A stretch of 63,108 nt of DNA, counting the filler, from Chiloscyllium plagiosum (lineage: Eukaryota), in assembly GCF_004010195.1 (NCBI RefSeq). It is 5 parts of one record of this genome, joined end to end, with 100 filler letters (N's around TTAATTAATTAA, not from the genome) between each part and the next. Parts side by side here need not be neighbours in the genome. Positions count along the whole stretch, not along the records: positions 26,862 to 51,525 come from NC_057717.1; 4 more parts are not named here. The stretch is one strand, 5' to 3'. This document shows positions 37,196 to 51,000 of this stretch, piece after piece (the first letter of the stretch is position 1; every line of letters begins with the position of its first letter). Below the pieces are notes generated by a model. That model saw only the letters and a list, made by a program, of their open reading frames with translations, was not told the origin of the DNA and made no database searches. The position numbers were made by a program, and so were the translations under genes.

Positions 37196-37559
37196 GGCTC
37201 CAAACGATTTATTTTCCCAGAGATTTTAGTCCATTAGCATCAAATACACTGCACATTCCCAATTAAATGTGTGACAAAGAGCTGGCAAAATAATTGTTTC
37301 TGGTGACTAATGAATCAACACTCTTACCTCCCTCAAGTCTTTCTATAATTACCTTCAAAACCTTCAGAAACTTTGAAATGCACGAATTATACTTTGTAAA
37401 TCCGTTCTTTATATTCAAGCTGTTGGATTCCATGTGATAAACAATTCTATACTGAATGAAAATTTCCAAATGCTTCTGAAGGTTGTTTATCAATTTAGTC
37501 TGTAATTTTTTAACCTTACTTTTGCAATCTTCATTGAATAAGGTAGTTGCAACACTATA

Positions 37560-37815
37560 GCCGAAATATGTGGTGCTGAAAAAGTACAGTCAGTCAGGCT
37601 GTATCCGAGGAGCAGAAGAATCGATGTTTCTAGCATAAGCCCTTCATCAGTAATGAGTCATTTCCAGCACCACACTTTTCGTCTCTGATCTCCAGCATTT
37701 GTGATCTTCACTCTCGCCTGTTCCGCTCATTGGATGCTGCCTGACCAGCTGTGCATTCCCAACACCACACTTTTCGACTCTGATTTCCTGCATCTGCAGT
37801 CCTCACTTTCTTCTG
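37560..37815. mobile_element. Penelope family A rearranged terminus with TSD
   Basis: TSD gttgcaaca(c/t)tata at 37546-37559 and 37816-37829; one inverted plus two direct partial termini; reverse CTGATGA..GAAAC at ~37626-37650. Confidence 0.82.
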
Positions 37816-39164
37816 GTTGCAACATTATATTCTCTGGCACTGACTCCTCTCCCCCGCATCTCAGAAAATGGAATGATTGTGTCCAATGCTCTTACACCCT
37901 TTATTCTCTCAAACTCCTTTAATGCATTTCATCCACAGTCGGTCTCAAATATACAACAAACATATTATCCAACGCAGAAATTTCTACTGTCACCATGGCC
38001 AAGTTATCGTCTCCCTCCTTTGGTAAATGGTCACCACGAAAACCAACGAAACCGTCCATTCATCAAACGGAACTTCTCAAATTAGATAAATACTAATTAA
38101 GTAATGCGTAATTCCGACTGTGAGTGAACACTGAAATATCCCTGAAGAATAGCTGGAAGTTCTTTCTGAAACGTAAATCAATCCAAAACGTAAAACTCGA
38201 TGTAAGTTAAACATAACTGCGATTTTAACTAAAGTCCAAAAAACGAAACCTAGTTCCAATTGTATCCTGGTCCTCAAAATTATATTTGTCTTCATCCAAG
38301 TAACAATATTAAATTTGTGTCAACTTTAAACTTTGAAGTCGTTAACTTCAAACAGAACTCCATCCCTTTATATTCAGTCACCGCCAAACCTCTGCACTGG
38401 TTTGTCACTCTCTCAGGGAATTACAGTGCGTTGTATGTATTTCTACATATGTACTTTGACAGGTGAACCAACCATGATGAAGATTATTTGTGTGAAAAGA
38501 AAAAGGCGAAAAGGAGTGACAGTGTTCATAGAGAGCATTCTTACTGGCGCACCTTTCCATATTTCTTTATATTTAGAATAGTTGAGGAATATTTTGGAAG
38601 TCGCATTCACTTAAAGTCAATTGTGGAGCTTTTCTGGTTAGTGCCTAAGTAAGTTAAGGATTCACTTGGACGTCTGACAGTCTGCTGTTGAAGCAATAGT
38701 TTTCCTTGTTATACATAACATATTTGCAATGGGAGACAAATAATTTTAAATTAATCGCTTTCCCTGTGTCTGATCTGATAAAGTGATTATATCAGAAGGA
38801 CTTACTTCCAAGGCACAACTTAATTGTCCTTTTATATTGCTTTGGATCAGAGTAAACCCAAACTGCAAAAGTACGTTGCAGTCACATTCTCGATCCTAAG
38901 CATTGACTGTTTCTTTAAAAAGCAGATCTACGACATTTTGTTTCATTTTCTACGATTAAAGATATTCCAGTTGTTGTGCTGGGTGATTTAATCTTCCCCT
39001 GCAATGGTTGGCCTCTCTTCATTCTCGGGCCTTGAATAGACCAGAACATGGAAGGACAATCCAGGAGGTTTTCTTGGCAGAGGATATATGCCTACCAGTC
39101 AGAGTGGCCATTATGCTGGACTTGGATCTGGGAAGGGAACCCGAACAGGTGCGAAATTTCAATT

Positions 39165-40192
39165 CTATAGACAGCAGACAATAGACACTAGGTGCAGGAG
39201 TCGGCCATTCAGTCCTTCGAGCCAGCACCACCATTCATTATGATCATGGCTGATCATCCTCAATCAGTATCCTGTTCGTGCCTTATCCCCATAATCCTTG
39301 ATTCCACTATCCTTCAGAGCTCTATCCAACTATTTCTTGAAAGCATCCAGAGACTTGGCCTCAACAGCCTTCTGGTGCAGATCATTCCACATACCCACCA
39401 CTCTCTGAGTGAAGAGGGTTCTCCTCAACTCTGTTCTAAGTGGCCTACACCTTATTTTTAAACTGTGTCCTATGGTTCTGGAAACACCCATCAGTGGAAA
39501 CATGCTTCCTGCCTTCAGAATGTCCAATCCTTTAATAATCTTATACCACTCAATCAGATCCCCTCTCAGCCTTCCAAACTCCCAATGTTTCAGCGTAAGA
39601 TAGTCCCGCCTTTCCGGGAATTGACCTCGTGAACCTACGCTGCACTCCCTCAATAGCCAGAACACCTTTCCTCAAATTTGGAGACCAAAACTGCGCACAA
39701 TATTCCAGATTCGGTCTCACCAGGGCCCTGTACAGCCGCACAACGACCTATTTGCTTCAGTACTCAATTCCTCTTGTTATGAGCGCTAGCATGCTAATAG
39801 CTTTCTTCACTGCCTGCTGTACCTTCATCTATATCATTATTGTACATTGTAAAAAGCTGCGGTCCCAGCACTGATCCTTGCAGCACACCACTGGTCACCG
39901 CCTGCCATTCCGAAAGGGAGCCATTTATCAGTACTCTTTGTTTCCTGTCAGCCAACCAGTTTTCAATCAATGTCAGCATTTCCCCCCTGATACTATGTGC
40001 CCTAATTTTGCTCACTAACCTCGTATGTGCGATATTATCAAAGGCTTTGCGGAAGTCCAGGCATACTATAACCACTGGATCTCCCTTGTCCATCTTCAGA
40101 GACATATCCTCAAAAAATTCCAGAAAATTTGTCAAGCAAGACTTCCCCTTCATAAATCCATGCTGACTCTGACCTCTCCTGTTACTGCTATC
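39165..40192 (-). mobile_element. CR1 LINE fragment with RT and 3' end, internally deleted
   Basis: QHGFMKGKSCLTNFLEFFE..LDFRKAFD..SGVLQGSVLGPQLF; LYRALVRPNLEYCAQFWSP; RLRGDLIE. Confidence 0.95.
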
Positions 40193-40250
40193 CAGATGAG
40201 CACTGAGGAGAATTTCGAGAGGATTGACCATAATACCGTACGTTACAAGG

Positions 40251-40463
40251 TATTAGATTAGATTAGATTAGATTAGATTAGATTAGATTAGATTAGATTA
40301 GATTAGATTAGATTACTTACAGTGTGGAAACAGGGCCTTTGGCCCAACAAGTACACACTGACCCGCCGAAGCGCAACCCACCCATACACGTACATTTACC
40401 CCTTACCTAACACTACAGGCAATTTAGCATGGCCAATTCACCTGACCTTCACATCTTTGGACT
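40251..40463 (-). mobile_element. HE1-type SINE 3' part with long (ATTAG)n tail
   Basis: About 13 attag units at 40251-40315, then cagtgtggaaacaggg..ggcaatttagcatggccaattcacctgac. Confidence 0.9.
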
Positions 40464-40629
40464 CTTGAAAAGGATGCTTGCAGTCCTTGAGTGAAGGTGG
40501 AAAATTGAGGGCAGGCAAATAATGTTATGAAAAAAAAGGGAGAATTTTAATTCAAGGCGGCTGTTAGAGGGTAAATTCGCATTGGGCATGTGAAGCCTAC
40601 TCCTACGTGAACCAAGGTCCGTGAAGCTT

Positions 40630-41397
40630 GTTTGAGGAGTTGGGAGGTCATATTATGGGTGTACAGGACATTAGTTAGATTGTTTTTGGAATACTGCGTG
40701 CAATTCTGTTCTCCTTCCTAAAAAAAGAATGTTGAGACACATCAAATCGTTTAGAAAAGATTTGCAAGGATGTTGCCAGGGTTGGAGTGTTTGAGGTGTA
40801 TGAGGGGTGAATATGCTGTGGCTGTTTTCTCTGCACAGACGGCGGCTGAGGGTGAATTTATAGAAGTTAATTAAATCACGACGGGGATGCGTAGGGGAAA
40901 TAGACAAGGTCATTTAATTTAGCGGGGGTGAGGTGGGGCGGGGGGCAGGAGGCAGTCCACAACTAGAGGGCATAGGTTCAGAGTGAACATAAAACATAGA
41001 ACATAGAACAATACAGCGCATAACAGGCCCTTCGGTCCTCGATGTTGCACCGACCTGTGAACTATTCTCAGCTCGTCCTCCAGCACTATTCCAAAATCAT
41101 CCATGTAAAGAGAGAGAGGAAAGATATAGAAGGGATATGAGGGGCAAAGATTTCACGTAGAGTGTGGTCCGTGTATGGAATGAGCTGCCAGAGAAACTGG
41201 TGGAAGCTAGTACAATTACAGCTTTAAAACCCATCTGGATGGCTTAATGAAGAGGAAGGGGTTAGAGTGATATGTGCCAAATGCAGGCAAATGGGAGTAG
41301 ATTAGTGTAGTGTATTTGTTCGGCATGGACGAGTTGGAAAAAAGTGTCTGTTTCCGTGTTGTACATCGCTAAGACTCTTTGACTCTATGACTCTATT
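40630..41397 (+). mobile_element. CR1 3' fragment with nested minus-strand CR1 tail (~40986-41105)
   Basis: ggaatactgcgtgcaattctg, (gactctat)n end; nested (catagaa)n-acaggcccttcgg. Confidence 0.8.
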
Positions 41398-42233
41398 CAC
41401 AAGGAAAACTAAACATATGGAATGTCCAGGAGGATGGGAGTTGTTCCAGCCCTTGAAGAACATACCATGCAAAACTTGCAGAGGGCAGCTTTGGAAAGCG
41501 TTGGCCCACTAAAAGTAAAAGGAGGGAATATATCTATCAAACCAGAATAGGTAGGGAACATCCTGAACACAGACTTCATGTTGGGATTCATCATAGACAC
41601 TGAATTAGGCGAGGATGATCTCAGGGAATTGTGTGTCGAACTTCAAAGTCGAGTTTCGATTAAAATGGAAACGATGTTATGCATCTTTTTAAAAAAATAC
41701 TCATGCCGGTAAGTCCCTTGTTCCTGAGGAGACCTATTCGCGAAGATTGAGGAAGGCAATAGATAAAATTGCTGGAACATGGACAGCCCACTTTGCATCC
41801 TTTTTGGCCGCCGGTGAAGTCCAGGAAAACTGGATATTCCACAGTGTTCTCCCATTGTTTAAGAAGGGTGGAATGAATAATCAAGGAAATTACAGGCGAA
41901 AGTTTCGGTGATAGGAAAATTGATGACAATTATTCTGAAGGACAGGTTCTTATGCATACAGAAGTGAATGGTCATATTAGCGAGACAGAGCATGGTTTTG
42001 AACAGGGCAATTCATGCTTCAATAATACATGCAGACGGTTGAGTCGGTCAAAAATTTGATTGAAGAGGCAAAACCAATTCTTGTTGTCGACATGAACTTC
42101 AGCAAAGCCTTTGCCAATTTCAGTCATGGCTTACTGGAACAAAAGACGAAGTGCTGCAATTTGGAAATACAAGAATAGGTAGAAATTACACATGGAATGG
42201 CAGAACATCAGGAATATAGATCGACATAGTGAT

Positions 42234-42697
42234 GCTGTAGTTCTGTTCGCCGAGCTGGAAGTTTATGTTGCAAACATTTCATCCCCTGTCTCGGTGACAT
42301 CCTCAGTGCTTGGGAGCCTCCTGTGAAGAGCTTCTGTGGTGTTTCCTCCGGCATTTATAGTGGCCTGTCCCTGCCGCTTCCGGTTGTCAGTTTCAGCTGT
42401 CCGCTGTAGTGGCCGGTATATTGGGTCCAGGTCTATGTGTTTGTTGATGGACTTGGACCTGGACCCAATATACCGGCCACTACAGCGGACAGCTGAAACT
42501 GACAACCGGAAGCGGCAGGGACAGGCCACTATAAATGCAGGAGGAAACACCACAGAAACGCTTCACAGGAGGCTCCCAAGCACTGAGGATATCACCTAGA
42601 CAGGGGACGAAACGTTTGCAACAAAAACTTCCAGCTCGGCGAACAGAACCACAGCAACGAGCACCCGAGCTACAAATCTTCTCACAAACTTTGAACT
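42234..42697 (+). mobile_element. Penelope-like family B (Poseidon-type) palindromic insertion with 10 bp TSD
   Basis: 201 bp arms at 42233-42433 and 42456-42656; TSD acatagtgat at 42224-42233 and 42698-42707; encodes SINKHIDLDPIYRPL (Penelope ORF C-terminus). Confidence 0.92.
42580..42619 (+). ncRNA. Minimal hammerhead ribozyme motif (mirror copy at 42270-42309, minus strand)
   Basis: GCA-CTGAGGA-tatcacct agac aggggac-GAAAC-GTT-TGC; stem I GCA/TGC, palindromic AACGTT in place of stem III. Confidence 0.75.
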
Positions 42698-43929
42698 ACA
42701 TAGTGATCTATGTGCGCAGTTCCACGGATCACAAAAGGTGGTAGCACAGGTTGATAAAGGACCATAGCACACTTGCCTTCATTGGAAGGGGCATTGAATA
42801 AAAGAATGACCAAGTATGCTGCAGTTTCTTGGAATTTTATTGAGGCCACTGTTTGATTATTGTGTGCACTTCTGGTCGCCACCGTGTCAGATGGGTATGA
42901 ATGCTTTGGACAGCATACGAGAAAGATTGACCAGAATGTTGAGATTGCCTGTTATGGTGATTTTAACTATGAAGTCGGATTGGATAGAACCGGTTTGCTT
43001 TCACGGATTTCGTGATGTTTTGGAACGACAGAACATGTTTTTAAAATATTCTCAGTAGCATGGGTAGAGTGAAAGTTATGAGGTTTTTACCCATGGTGTC
43101 AGGACAAATTCCAGGGGAGACAGGTTCAAGGATCTTGGGGTGGGGGAGTTTAAAAGTGATGTGCGAAGCATTTTCTTTTTGCTTAAAACGTGGTGAATGT
43201 GTGGAATGGGCTGCCAAAAGAAGTGTTGGAAGCAGACACAATATAAGTAGTCAAGAAACATGAACGTGGACGAAAACACGAATAACAAGGGAATAGAGGA
43301 AAGTGAACACAACTTTAATATGGAAGGACAAAATATGTCAGTACAAACGTGAAGTGCTCAAGGGCCAGTACCCGTGTTATATTAAAATTCATGACAAATA
43401 TTATCACAAATTATGAACTTTTGCAATTTACGCAGCATTCCATAAACATACCACTGGTAAAGGCAAATAATAAGAAGCAATCTTCCCCCTTTGACATTAA
43501 ACAGGAAGTCTCTCTGTTGACGTCCTCCTTCTAAGAACAGGGAACTCAAATATTCTGCTCCCAAAGATGGCAAAAATCACAAACTCACTGAAAGCAAATG
43601 CGAAATCCCTTTGGATCTGTGTGAACCTGACCCCATCTGCAGATTCTTCTATCTTACTTTAAAAGTCAACCACAGAGAACTCAAAAATGTTTAACGACTG
43701 CCTATCTGAAGGAAACAAACTCTGTACCACTGGGATAATATCCTGCTGCAACCCAAACAGAACTAAACACATCTCGAGAAGGCACAGTATTGTCAGACAA
43801 TTGTTTGAAGTCAAAATTAGAGCGTTTACTGATGGGGAATGAATAAGAATACGTTTGCGAAAAATGAAAAAAGAAATAAATGTACATTGTCACTCAAGTG
43901 TGTGACATTGCTGGAAAGATTTACAAAAT

Positions 43930-44630
43930 TTGCAACAAGAAGTGTAAATCTGATCCATGGATGTAACGTTGATTCTGTCATGGTCTGCGCTGTACACACA
44001 AACTTCTGTCTGTTATTTTGAACCTGGACAGAGCAGTTGTCGGACCCGGCCGTTCTGAACACGGACAGTATGCTTTCCATTCTGAATCTGTAAATGTTGC
44101 TGAGGGTCCTTGTGGACATGCGACATTTCCGAATTAGTTGATGAAGAAGAGGCGATTTTGTGCCTTCTTGACTATCACATCTATGTGGGAAGCCCAAGAA
44201 AGGTTGTTCGTTTTCGACACTCCACGGTACTTTACGCGAACCACCCTCTCAACGTCAGTTTCGTTCATGTAGTTGGGGGCATATTCTCCCCCATTCTTCC
44301 TGAAGTAAGTGATCAGTTGTATTGTTTTGGAGACATTCAGAGAGAGGTTATCACTGCACCACGACGCCAAGCCCTCTGCCTCCTTTCTGCATTCTCACTG
44401 ATAATTGATTGATATCCTCGGTCTTGTCAGAACCTATTTAGAAGGCGTTCGTACCGAATTTGTCTGCACAGTCGTGGAAGTACAAAGATGAAAGTTGGAG
44501 GCAGCGAATGCATTCGTGCGGAGGGGGTCTCCATTCATAGAATGCTTACACTGTGGAAACTGGAGCTTCCACCCAAAAAATCCACACCGACCCGCTGAAG
44601 AGCAAACAACCTCGGTGCATGACGCTACTA
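43930..44630 (-). mobile_element. Rex1/Babar LINE, 3' part
   Basis: WCSDNLSLNVSKT..FRK..VERV..KY.GV..NNLSWASHIDVIVKKAQNRLFF; LSNIYRFRMESILS. Confidence 0.85.
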
Positions 44631-44661
44631 TTCGATATTCATTCCAGACTAACGCACATAT

Positions 44662-47575
44662 ACATAGAACATAGAACATAGGCTATAGAATATTAGAACG
44701 CAGTACAGGCCCTTCGGCCCTCGATGTTGTGCCGACCAGTCATACCAATCTGAAGCTCATCTAACCTTCCATGTACGACCATATGCTTGGCCAATGACGA
44801 CTTAAATGTACTTAAAGTTGGCGAATATACTACTGTTGCAGGCAAACCATTCCATTCCCTTACTACTCTCTGAGTAAAGAAACTACCTCTGACCCCTGTC
44901 CTATATCTAGCATCCCTCAATTTAAAGCTATGCCCCCCTCGGGAACGCCGTCACCATTATTGGAAAAAGTGTCTTCCTGTCCACCCTATCTAACCCTCTG
45001 ATTATCTTATATTTCTCTATTAAGTCACCTCTCAAACTTCTTGTCTCTAACGAAAATAGCCTCAAGTCCCTCAGCCTTTCCTCGTAAGACCTTCCCTCCA
45101 TTTCAGGCAACATCCTGGTAAATCTCCTCTGCACCCTTTCCAAAGCTTCCACATCCTTCTTGTAATGCGGCGACCAGAACTGTACACAAGAGACCAAGTG
45201 CGGCAGCACCAGAGTTTTTTACAACTGCAGCATGACCTTATGGTTCCGGAACACGACCTCTCTATTAATAAAAGCTAAAACGTTGTTTGCGTTCTTAACA
45301 ACCCTGTCAGCCTGGATGGCAACTTTCAAGGATCTGTATACCTGGACACCGAGGTCTCTCTGCTCATCTACACAACCAAGAATCTTACCATTAACCCAGT
45401 ACTTTGCATTCCTGTTGCTCCGACTAAAGTGAATCACCTCACACTTGTGCGCATTAAACTCCATTTTCCACCTCTCAGCCCATCTCTGCAGCTTATCTAT
45501 GTCTCTCTGTAACCTACAACATCCTACGACACTATCCACAACTCCACCGACCTTGGTGACGTCGGCAAATTTACTAACTCAGCCTTCTACGTCCTCATCC
45601 AGGTCTTTTATAAAAATGATGAACAGCAGTGGACCCAATACCAATCCTTGCGGTACACCACTGGTAACTGGACTCCAGGATGAACATTTCCCATCAACCA
45701 CCACCCTCTGTCTTCTTTCAGCAATCCAATTAATGACCCAAACTGCTCTTTCTATCACAATCCCATTCCTTCGCATTTTGTCCAGTAGCCTTCTGTGGGG
45801 AACCTTATCGAACGCCTTGCTAAAATCCTTATACACCACATCAACCAGTTTACTCTCATCTACCTGATTGTTTACCTTCTCAAAGAACTCAATAAGGTTT
45901 GTGAGGCACGACCTGCCCTTCACAAAACCGTACTGACTATCCCTAATCAAATTATGCTTTTCTAGATGATTAAAAATTCTATCTCTTGGAACCTTTTCCA
46001 ACACTTTAACAAAACCTGAAGTAAGGCTCGCTGGTCTATACTTACCAAGACTGTCTCTACTCCCATTCTTAAACGTGGGAACCACATTTGCTATTCTCCA
46101 GTCTTCTGGCACTATTCCTGTTGACAATGACGAATTAAAGATCAATTCCAAAGGCTCGGCAATCTCCTCCCTGGCTTCCCAGAGGATCCTAGGTAAATCC
46201 CATCCGGCCCAGGAGACTTATCTATTTTCACACTCTGCAGGATTTCAAATACCTCTTCCTTGTGAACCTCAATCACACCTCGTCTAGTAGCCTGTATCTC
46301 AGTCATCTCCTCAACAACATCGTCGTTTTCTGGAGTAAATGCTGTCGAAAAATATTAATTTTGTGCTTCCCCTATTCCCTCTGACTCCACACAAACTTCG
46401 CACTACTATCCTTAATTGGCCCTATTCTTAATCTTGTCATTCTTTTATTCCTTAAATACCTGCAAAATTCATCAGCGTTTACCCTGATCCTATCCGCCAA
46501 CAGATTCTCATGTCTCCTCCCGGCTTTTCTGAGCTCTCTCTTTAGGTCTTTCCTGGCTACCTTGTAACCCACATGCGCCCTAACTGAGCCTTCACATCTC
46601 ATCCTAACATAAGCCTTCTTCTTCCTCTTGACCAGAGGTTCCACTTGCTTCGTAAACCATGGCTCCCGCGCTCTACAGCGTTTCCTTGAATCAGCTCCAC
46701 ATTCCGATGTGCCTGTCCACTGCAGTTTCCTTCCCCATCCTATGCATCAAAATCTTGCCTAATCGCATCGTAATTGCCTTTCCCGCAGCTATAACTCTTG
46801 CCCAGTGGTATATACCTATCCTTTTCTATCACTAAATAAAACATAACAGAATTGTGATCGCTATCACCAAAGTGCTCACCTACTACCAAGTCTAACATCT
46901 GGCCGGGCTCATTACCCAGCACCAAGTCTAATGTGGCTTTGCCCCTTGAGGCCTGTCTACATATTGTGTCAGGAAGCTCTCCTGCAAACACTGGACAATA
47001 ACTGACCCATCTATAGTACTAGTACTATAGTGTTCCCGGTCAATATTTGGAAAGTTGAAGTCTCCCCCATGACAACCATCCTGTCTCCCTCACTCCTATC
47101 GAGAATCATCTTTGCTATCCTTTCCTCTACATCTCTGGAACTATTCGGAGGCCTACAGAAAACTCCCAACAGTGTGACCTCTCCTTTCCTGTTTCTAACT
47201 TCAGCCCATACTACCTCATTTGACGAGTCCCCAAACATCCTTTCTGCAACTGTAATACTGACCTTGACCAATAATGCCACACCTCTCCCTCTTTTACCAT
47301 CTACTCTGTTCCTATTGTATTATCTAAACCCTCGAACCTGCAGCAACCATTCCTGTCCCTATTCTAACCATGTCCCCGAAATGGCCACAACATGGAAGTC
47401 ACAGGTACCAACTCATGCTGCAAGTTCACCCACCTTATTCCGGATGCTCCTGGCGTTGAAGTTGACACACACAAAACCAACTTCTTGCTTGCTGGTGCCA
47501 TCTTGCGTCCCTGAAACTTGATTTTGGACTACTCTCAACCTTTTCTATACTCGAACTACAATTTTGGTTCCCATC
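44662..47575 (-). mobile_element. CR1 LINE with near-complete decayed ORF2 (endonuclease and RT) and tail
   Basis: NARSIRNKVGEL (~47425-47460), [67 protein letters not shown]; (catagaa)n tail at 44662-44700. Confidence 0.96.
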
Positions 47576-47589
47576 CCCTGTATATCGCT

Positions 47590-47772
47590 GATCACAATGG
47601 GTAATTCGGAGTGGCCAATTCGCCTAACCTGCATATCTTTGCATTGTGTAAGGAAACCAGAACCCGCAGAGGAAACCTGTGTCGAAGTGGGGAGAGTGTG
47701 CAAACTCCTCCCAGGCAGACGCTGGAGGTGGGAAGCGAATCCGAAAGCCTTGTGATGTGGGCCACCTTGCCA
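47590..47772 (-). mobile_element. HE1-type SINE 5' part
   Basis: gggtaattcggagtggccaattcgcctaacctgcatatcttt..ggaaaccagaacccgcagaggaaacc. Confidence 0.75.
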
Positions 47773-47774
47773 CT

Positions 47775-48185
47775 CCCACTATTGATGGTTATCGTACAGG
47801 AGGTGCAGTTGACTATCTTTACGCATTGCAATATGCTCAACGTGAAGCTGACGATCCAGCTACATATGGCAGATTCAAGAGTGTGTTCGAGGATTTTGAG
47901 ATTAGTCTGGAGGAGATGATGTTTTGAAAGCGGACTTAAAGTCGATGATGACTCGTCCTGATGTGCAAATGCTCCAGGGCCAGTTTCAGTGCTAGGGAAA
48001 TGGTGACTTCTGTGTTCCTGTTACGACGATATGCAAATTGCAGGTGAATGAGGCAAGCTGGATGGCAAGAATTGATTTGGGCCCGAACCAGCCAGTACAA
48101 GCAGTTAATGATTATGCAGATCAGAGCCACTGGTTGGTAGGCATTACGACGTTTTAGGAAAGTTGGATGATGCTCATGCACTTAT
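47775..48185 (-). mobile_element. Rex1/Babar LINE, RT part (continuation of 43930-44630)
   Basis: YQPVALICIIINC..LQFAYRRNRNTEVTISLALKLALEHL (ORF 47936-48181). Confidence 0.85.
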
Positions 48186-50269
48186 TGCGAACTAAAATTC
48201 ATTTGAATGGCATCCTCAAAATTGCATAACACTGCAGTTTTACTGCATTGTATGGTAACAACTGGAAAGCAAAGATGATAAATTAATTGATGCCCGCAAT
48301 TTCGACAGGTTAGGCACAACTGAGCGAAATTCCTTCATAAGCTGTACAGAAGTGTCACAAGTTTTGTCTCAGACATTAATCTCTGTCATGAAATGGTGCA
48401 GAGTTTTCCAAATGTCTTAACAACATATATTTATGCGGAGCCTGGAACATGATACAAGTGCTGGGTTAACAGAAATAACTGGGTTTTGAAATGGTGCAAA
48501 GTGCACAAAGTATATGGAAACAACGCCTCCTGAAATTGTACCATACCTGAAACGTCAGGTGAAATTATAATGCACTTAGTTATAGCAGATGGAATACAAA
48601 AAATTGATAATCAGCTTCAGAAGCCGCCATCAAAAGGAAGTGGCTCAAGTGCTCCACAAAAGGATATATTTTATTAAAAGGCTGCTTAAAATGGTTTGAG
48701 AGCACGTCAAAGGGGAGCATAGAGGAATTATTCAGCTTTCAACACCACGCAACAGAAAACTCTGACTGTAATGATAATTTACCAAAATTTTGCAATGTTC
48801 ATGAATCAATGACAGGGGAAGATCNNNNNNNNNNNNNNNNNNNNNNNNNNNNNNNNNNNNNNNNNNNNNNNNNNNNNNNNNNNNNNNNNNNNNNNNNNNN
48901 NNNNNNNNNNNNNNNNNNNNNNNNNNNNNNNNNNNNNNNNNNNNNNNNNNNNNNNNNNNNNNNNNNNNNNNNNNNNNNNNNNNNNNNNNNNNNNNNNNNN
49001 NNNNNNNNNNNNNNNNNNNNNNNNNNNNNNNNNNNNNNNNNNNNNNNNNNNNNNNNNNNNNNNNNNNNNNNNNNNNNNNNNNNNNNNNNNNNNNNNNNNN
49101 NNNNNNNNNNNNNNNNNNNNNNNNNNNNNNNNNNNNNNNNNNNNNNNNNNNNNNNNNNNNNNNNNNNNNNNNNNNNNNNNNNNNNNNNNNNNNNNNNNNN
49201 NNNNNNNNNNNNNNNNNNNNNNNNNNNNNNNNNNNNNNNNNNNNNNNNNNNNNNNNNNNNNNNNNNNNNNNNNNNNNNNNNNNNNNNNNNNNNNNNNNNN
49301 NNNNNNNNNNNNNNNNNNNNNNNNAATCCTGTTATATTCCCCATTATCCACTGCCTGAGAAAGTACTATTTTCTCATCACTCACAAACTTACTTACAATG
49401 AATCCAAGATTCTCATTCAAATCATTTGACCAAATTGCAAACACTGCACCAACGGTATTTTACACTGGTATACCTCTCATTAAGTCTTTTTTTAGTGCGT
49501 CTTGATGCGTGACAATTCGGTGTTGTTCCAGTGGACTCTGGCCAACTCACCTCTTCTACTATGGGTTTCCCATTCTACTACTATGATCTGACGTCTGCTG
49601 TATTGCTGCAGCCTTGTTTTGATGGAAGTGCCTTACTGGCATGTGTTGCATGCGTGTTTAGATTGTGCAGGGACTTTGGGAGTTTTTTCCAGTTCCAGTT
49701 ATTTTGGGACGTGTTCTTGGCATGTGACTCCACGTGCGGACGGACAATCATTTGAGGATTGTATCCTGGAAAATGTTATCAACCACTTTGGGGGCTTGGT
49801 CCATCGAATTGGCCTTTGTGCGTCCTGCCTGTTTGTATGATTTCTCTGTGTGAGATCTGTTATTCTGGCAGTTATGAAGTTATCTTTGTGCTGCAATATA
49901 TGCCCGGGTTCATGTTACAGGGCTCCACTAATAGGTAATGATTGTGCATTGTGATAGGTAAGTTAAATCACTGGAAGATGCGTTAATGCTGAAAATGAGT
50001 GTGTTGTCATGTGATAGGTTAAGTGTAATGGAGGGAACCAGTGTGGCAGACGCTGTTTAGTTTAGAAAGATAAAGCAAATCACCATGTCTGGCGATGCAA
50101 ACGTCATCTGATAACGCGGGACCAAACATATTTTATGAACTGGAGGAGAACAAAGAGCTTGTGGGAAAAACATTTTGCTGGCTCCCACAGCTTTAATTTT
50201 GCAATATTAAAGTTTGCATTGGCGAAGAATTTTCTGTGCCTCCCTTTTATTATTGAACATTGAGTGATT

Positions 50270-51000
50270 CGACCACAACACACTCACTCACACACCGTCA
50301 CTGCTCCCCTGACCCCCTTACACTCACACTGTCATTGTCACGCTACCCCTCTCACACTCACCCTCTCAGCATACACCTGACCCTATCACATTCATTCCAT
50401 CAGCCTGACACCCTCACGCTCACTGTATCACGGTCACGCTAACCGCTCACAATCATTCCGTCATTGTCTGCCTGACCCCCCAAACGCTCATTCCGTCACT
50501 GTCAGCCTGACCAGCTTAAACCCACTCCACCACCCTGACCCTGACTCCCTCACTGTCACTCTGTCTCCATTATCCTGAACCCGTCACGCTCACGCCATCA
50601 CCATCACCCTGACACCCTCATAATCACTATTGCACCGTCACGCTGTCCCCTCATTCTCACTCCCTCACCGTCACTCTGATCCGTCACACTCATTCCAACA
50701 CAATCACGCTGTGTCCCTCATAGTCACCCTCACTGTCACCAAAACACCCTCACACTCACGTAGTTACCGCCTCCCTGAACCCCACACTCTCACTCCATTA
50801 CGATCACAATGACCACGTTACACTCACTCCCTCACAATCACCCTGACCCCCCACACATTTACTCACTCACAGTCATGCTGCCCCCTCATTCTCGTTCCCT
50901 CAACATCACTCTGACCCCCTCACACTCACACTCTGTCCGTCATCCTGACACCGTCACGCTCGTTTTTCACCATCACACTGATTCTCTCACAATCACTCGC
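50270..51000. repeat. Degenerate C/A-rich minisatellite
   Basis: Recurrent ccctgacaccctcacactcactc..gtcac units. Confidence 0.8.

Larger units (their letters stand above)
41500..43370 (+). mobile_element. Old CR1 LINE (RT to 3' end) interrupted by a Penelope palindrome
   Basis: cccattgtttaagaaggg..ggaaattacagg (PLFKKG..GNYR), catggttttg (HGF), agcaaagcctttg (SKAF), LRPLFDYCVHFWSP. Confidence 0.75.

Noticed and set aside
49500..50240. Possible decayed Penelope RT on the minus strand (RY.DDV-like and CxxC hints)
   Set aside because: Motifs need frameshifts and are too weak to call without a search
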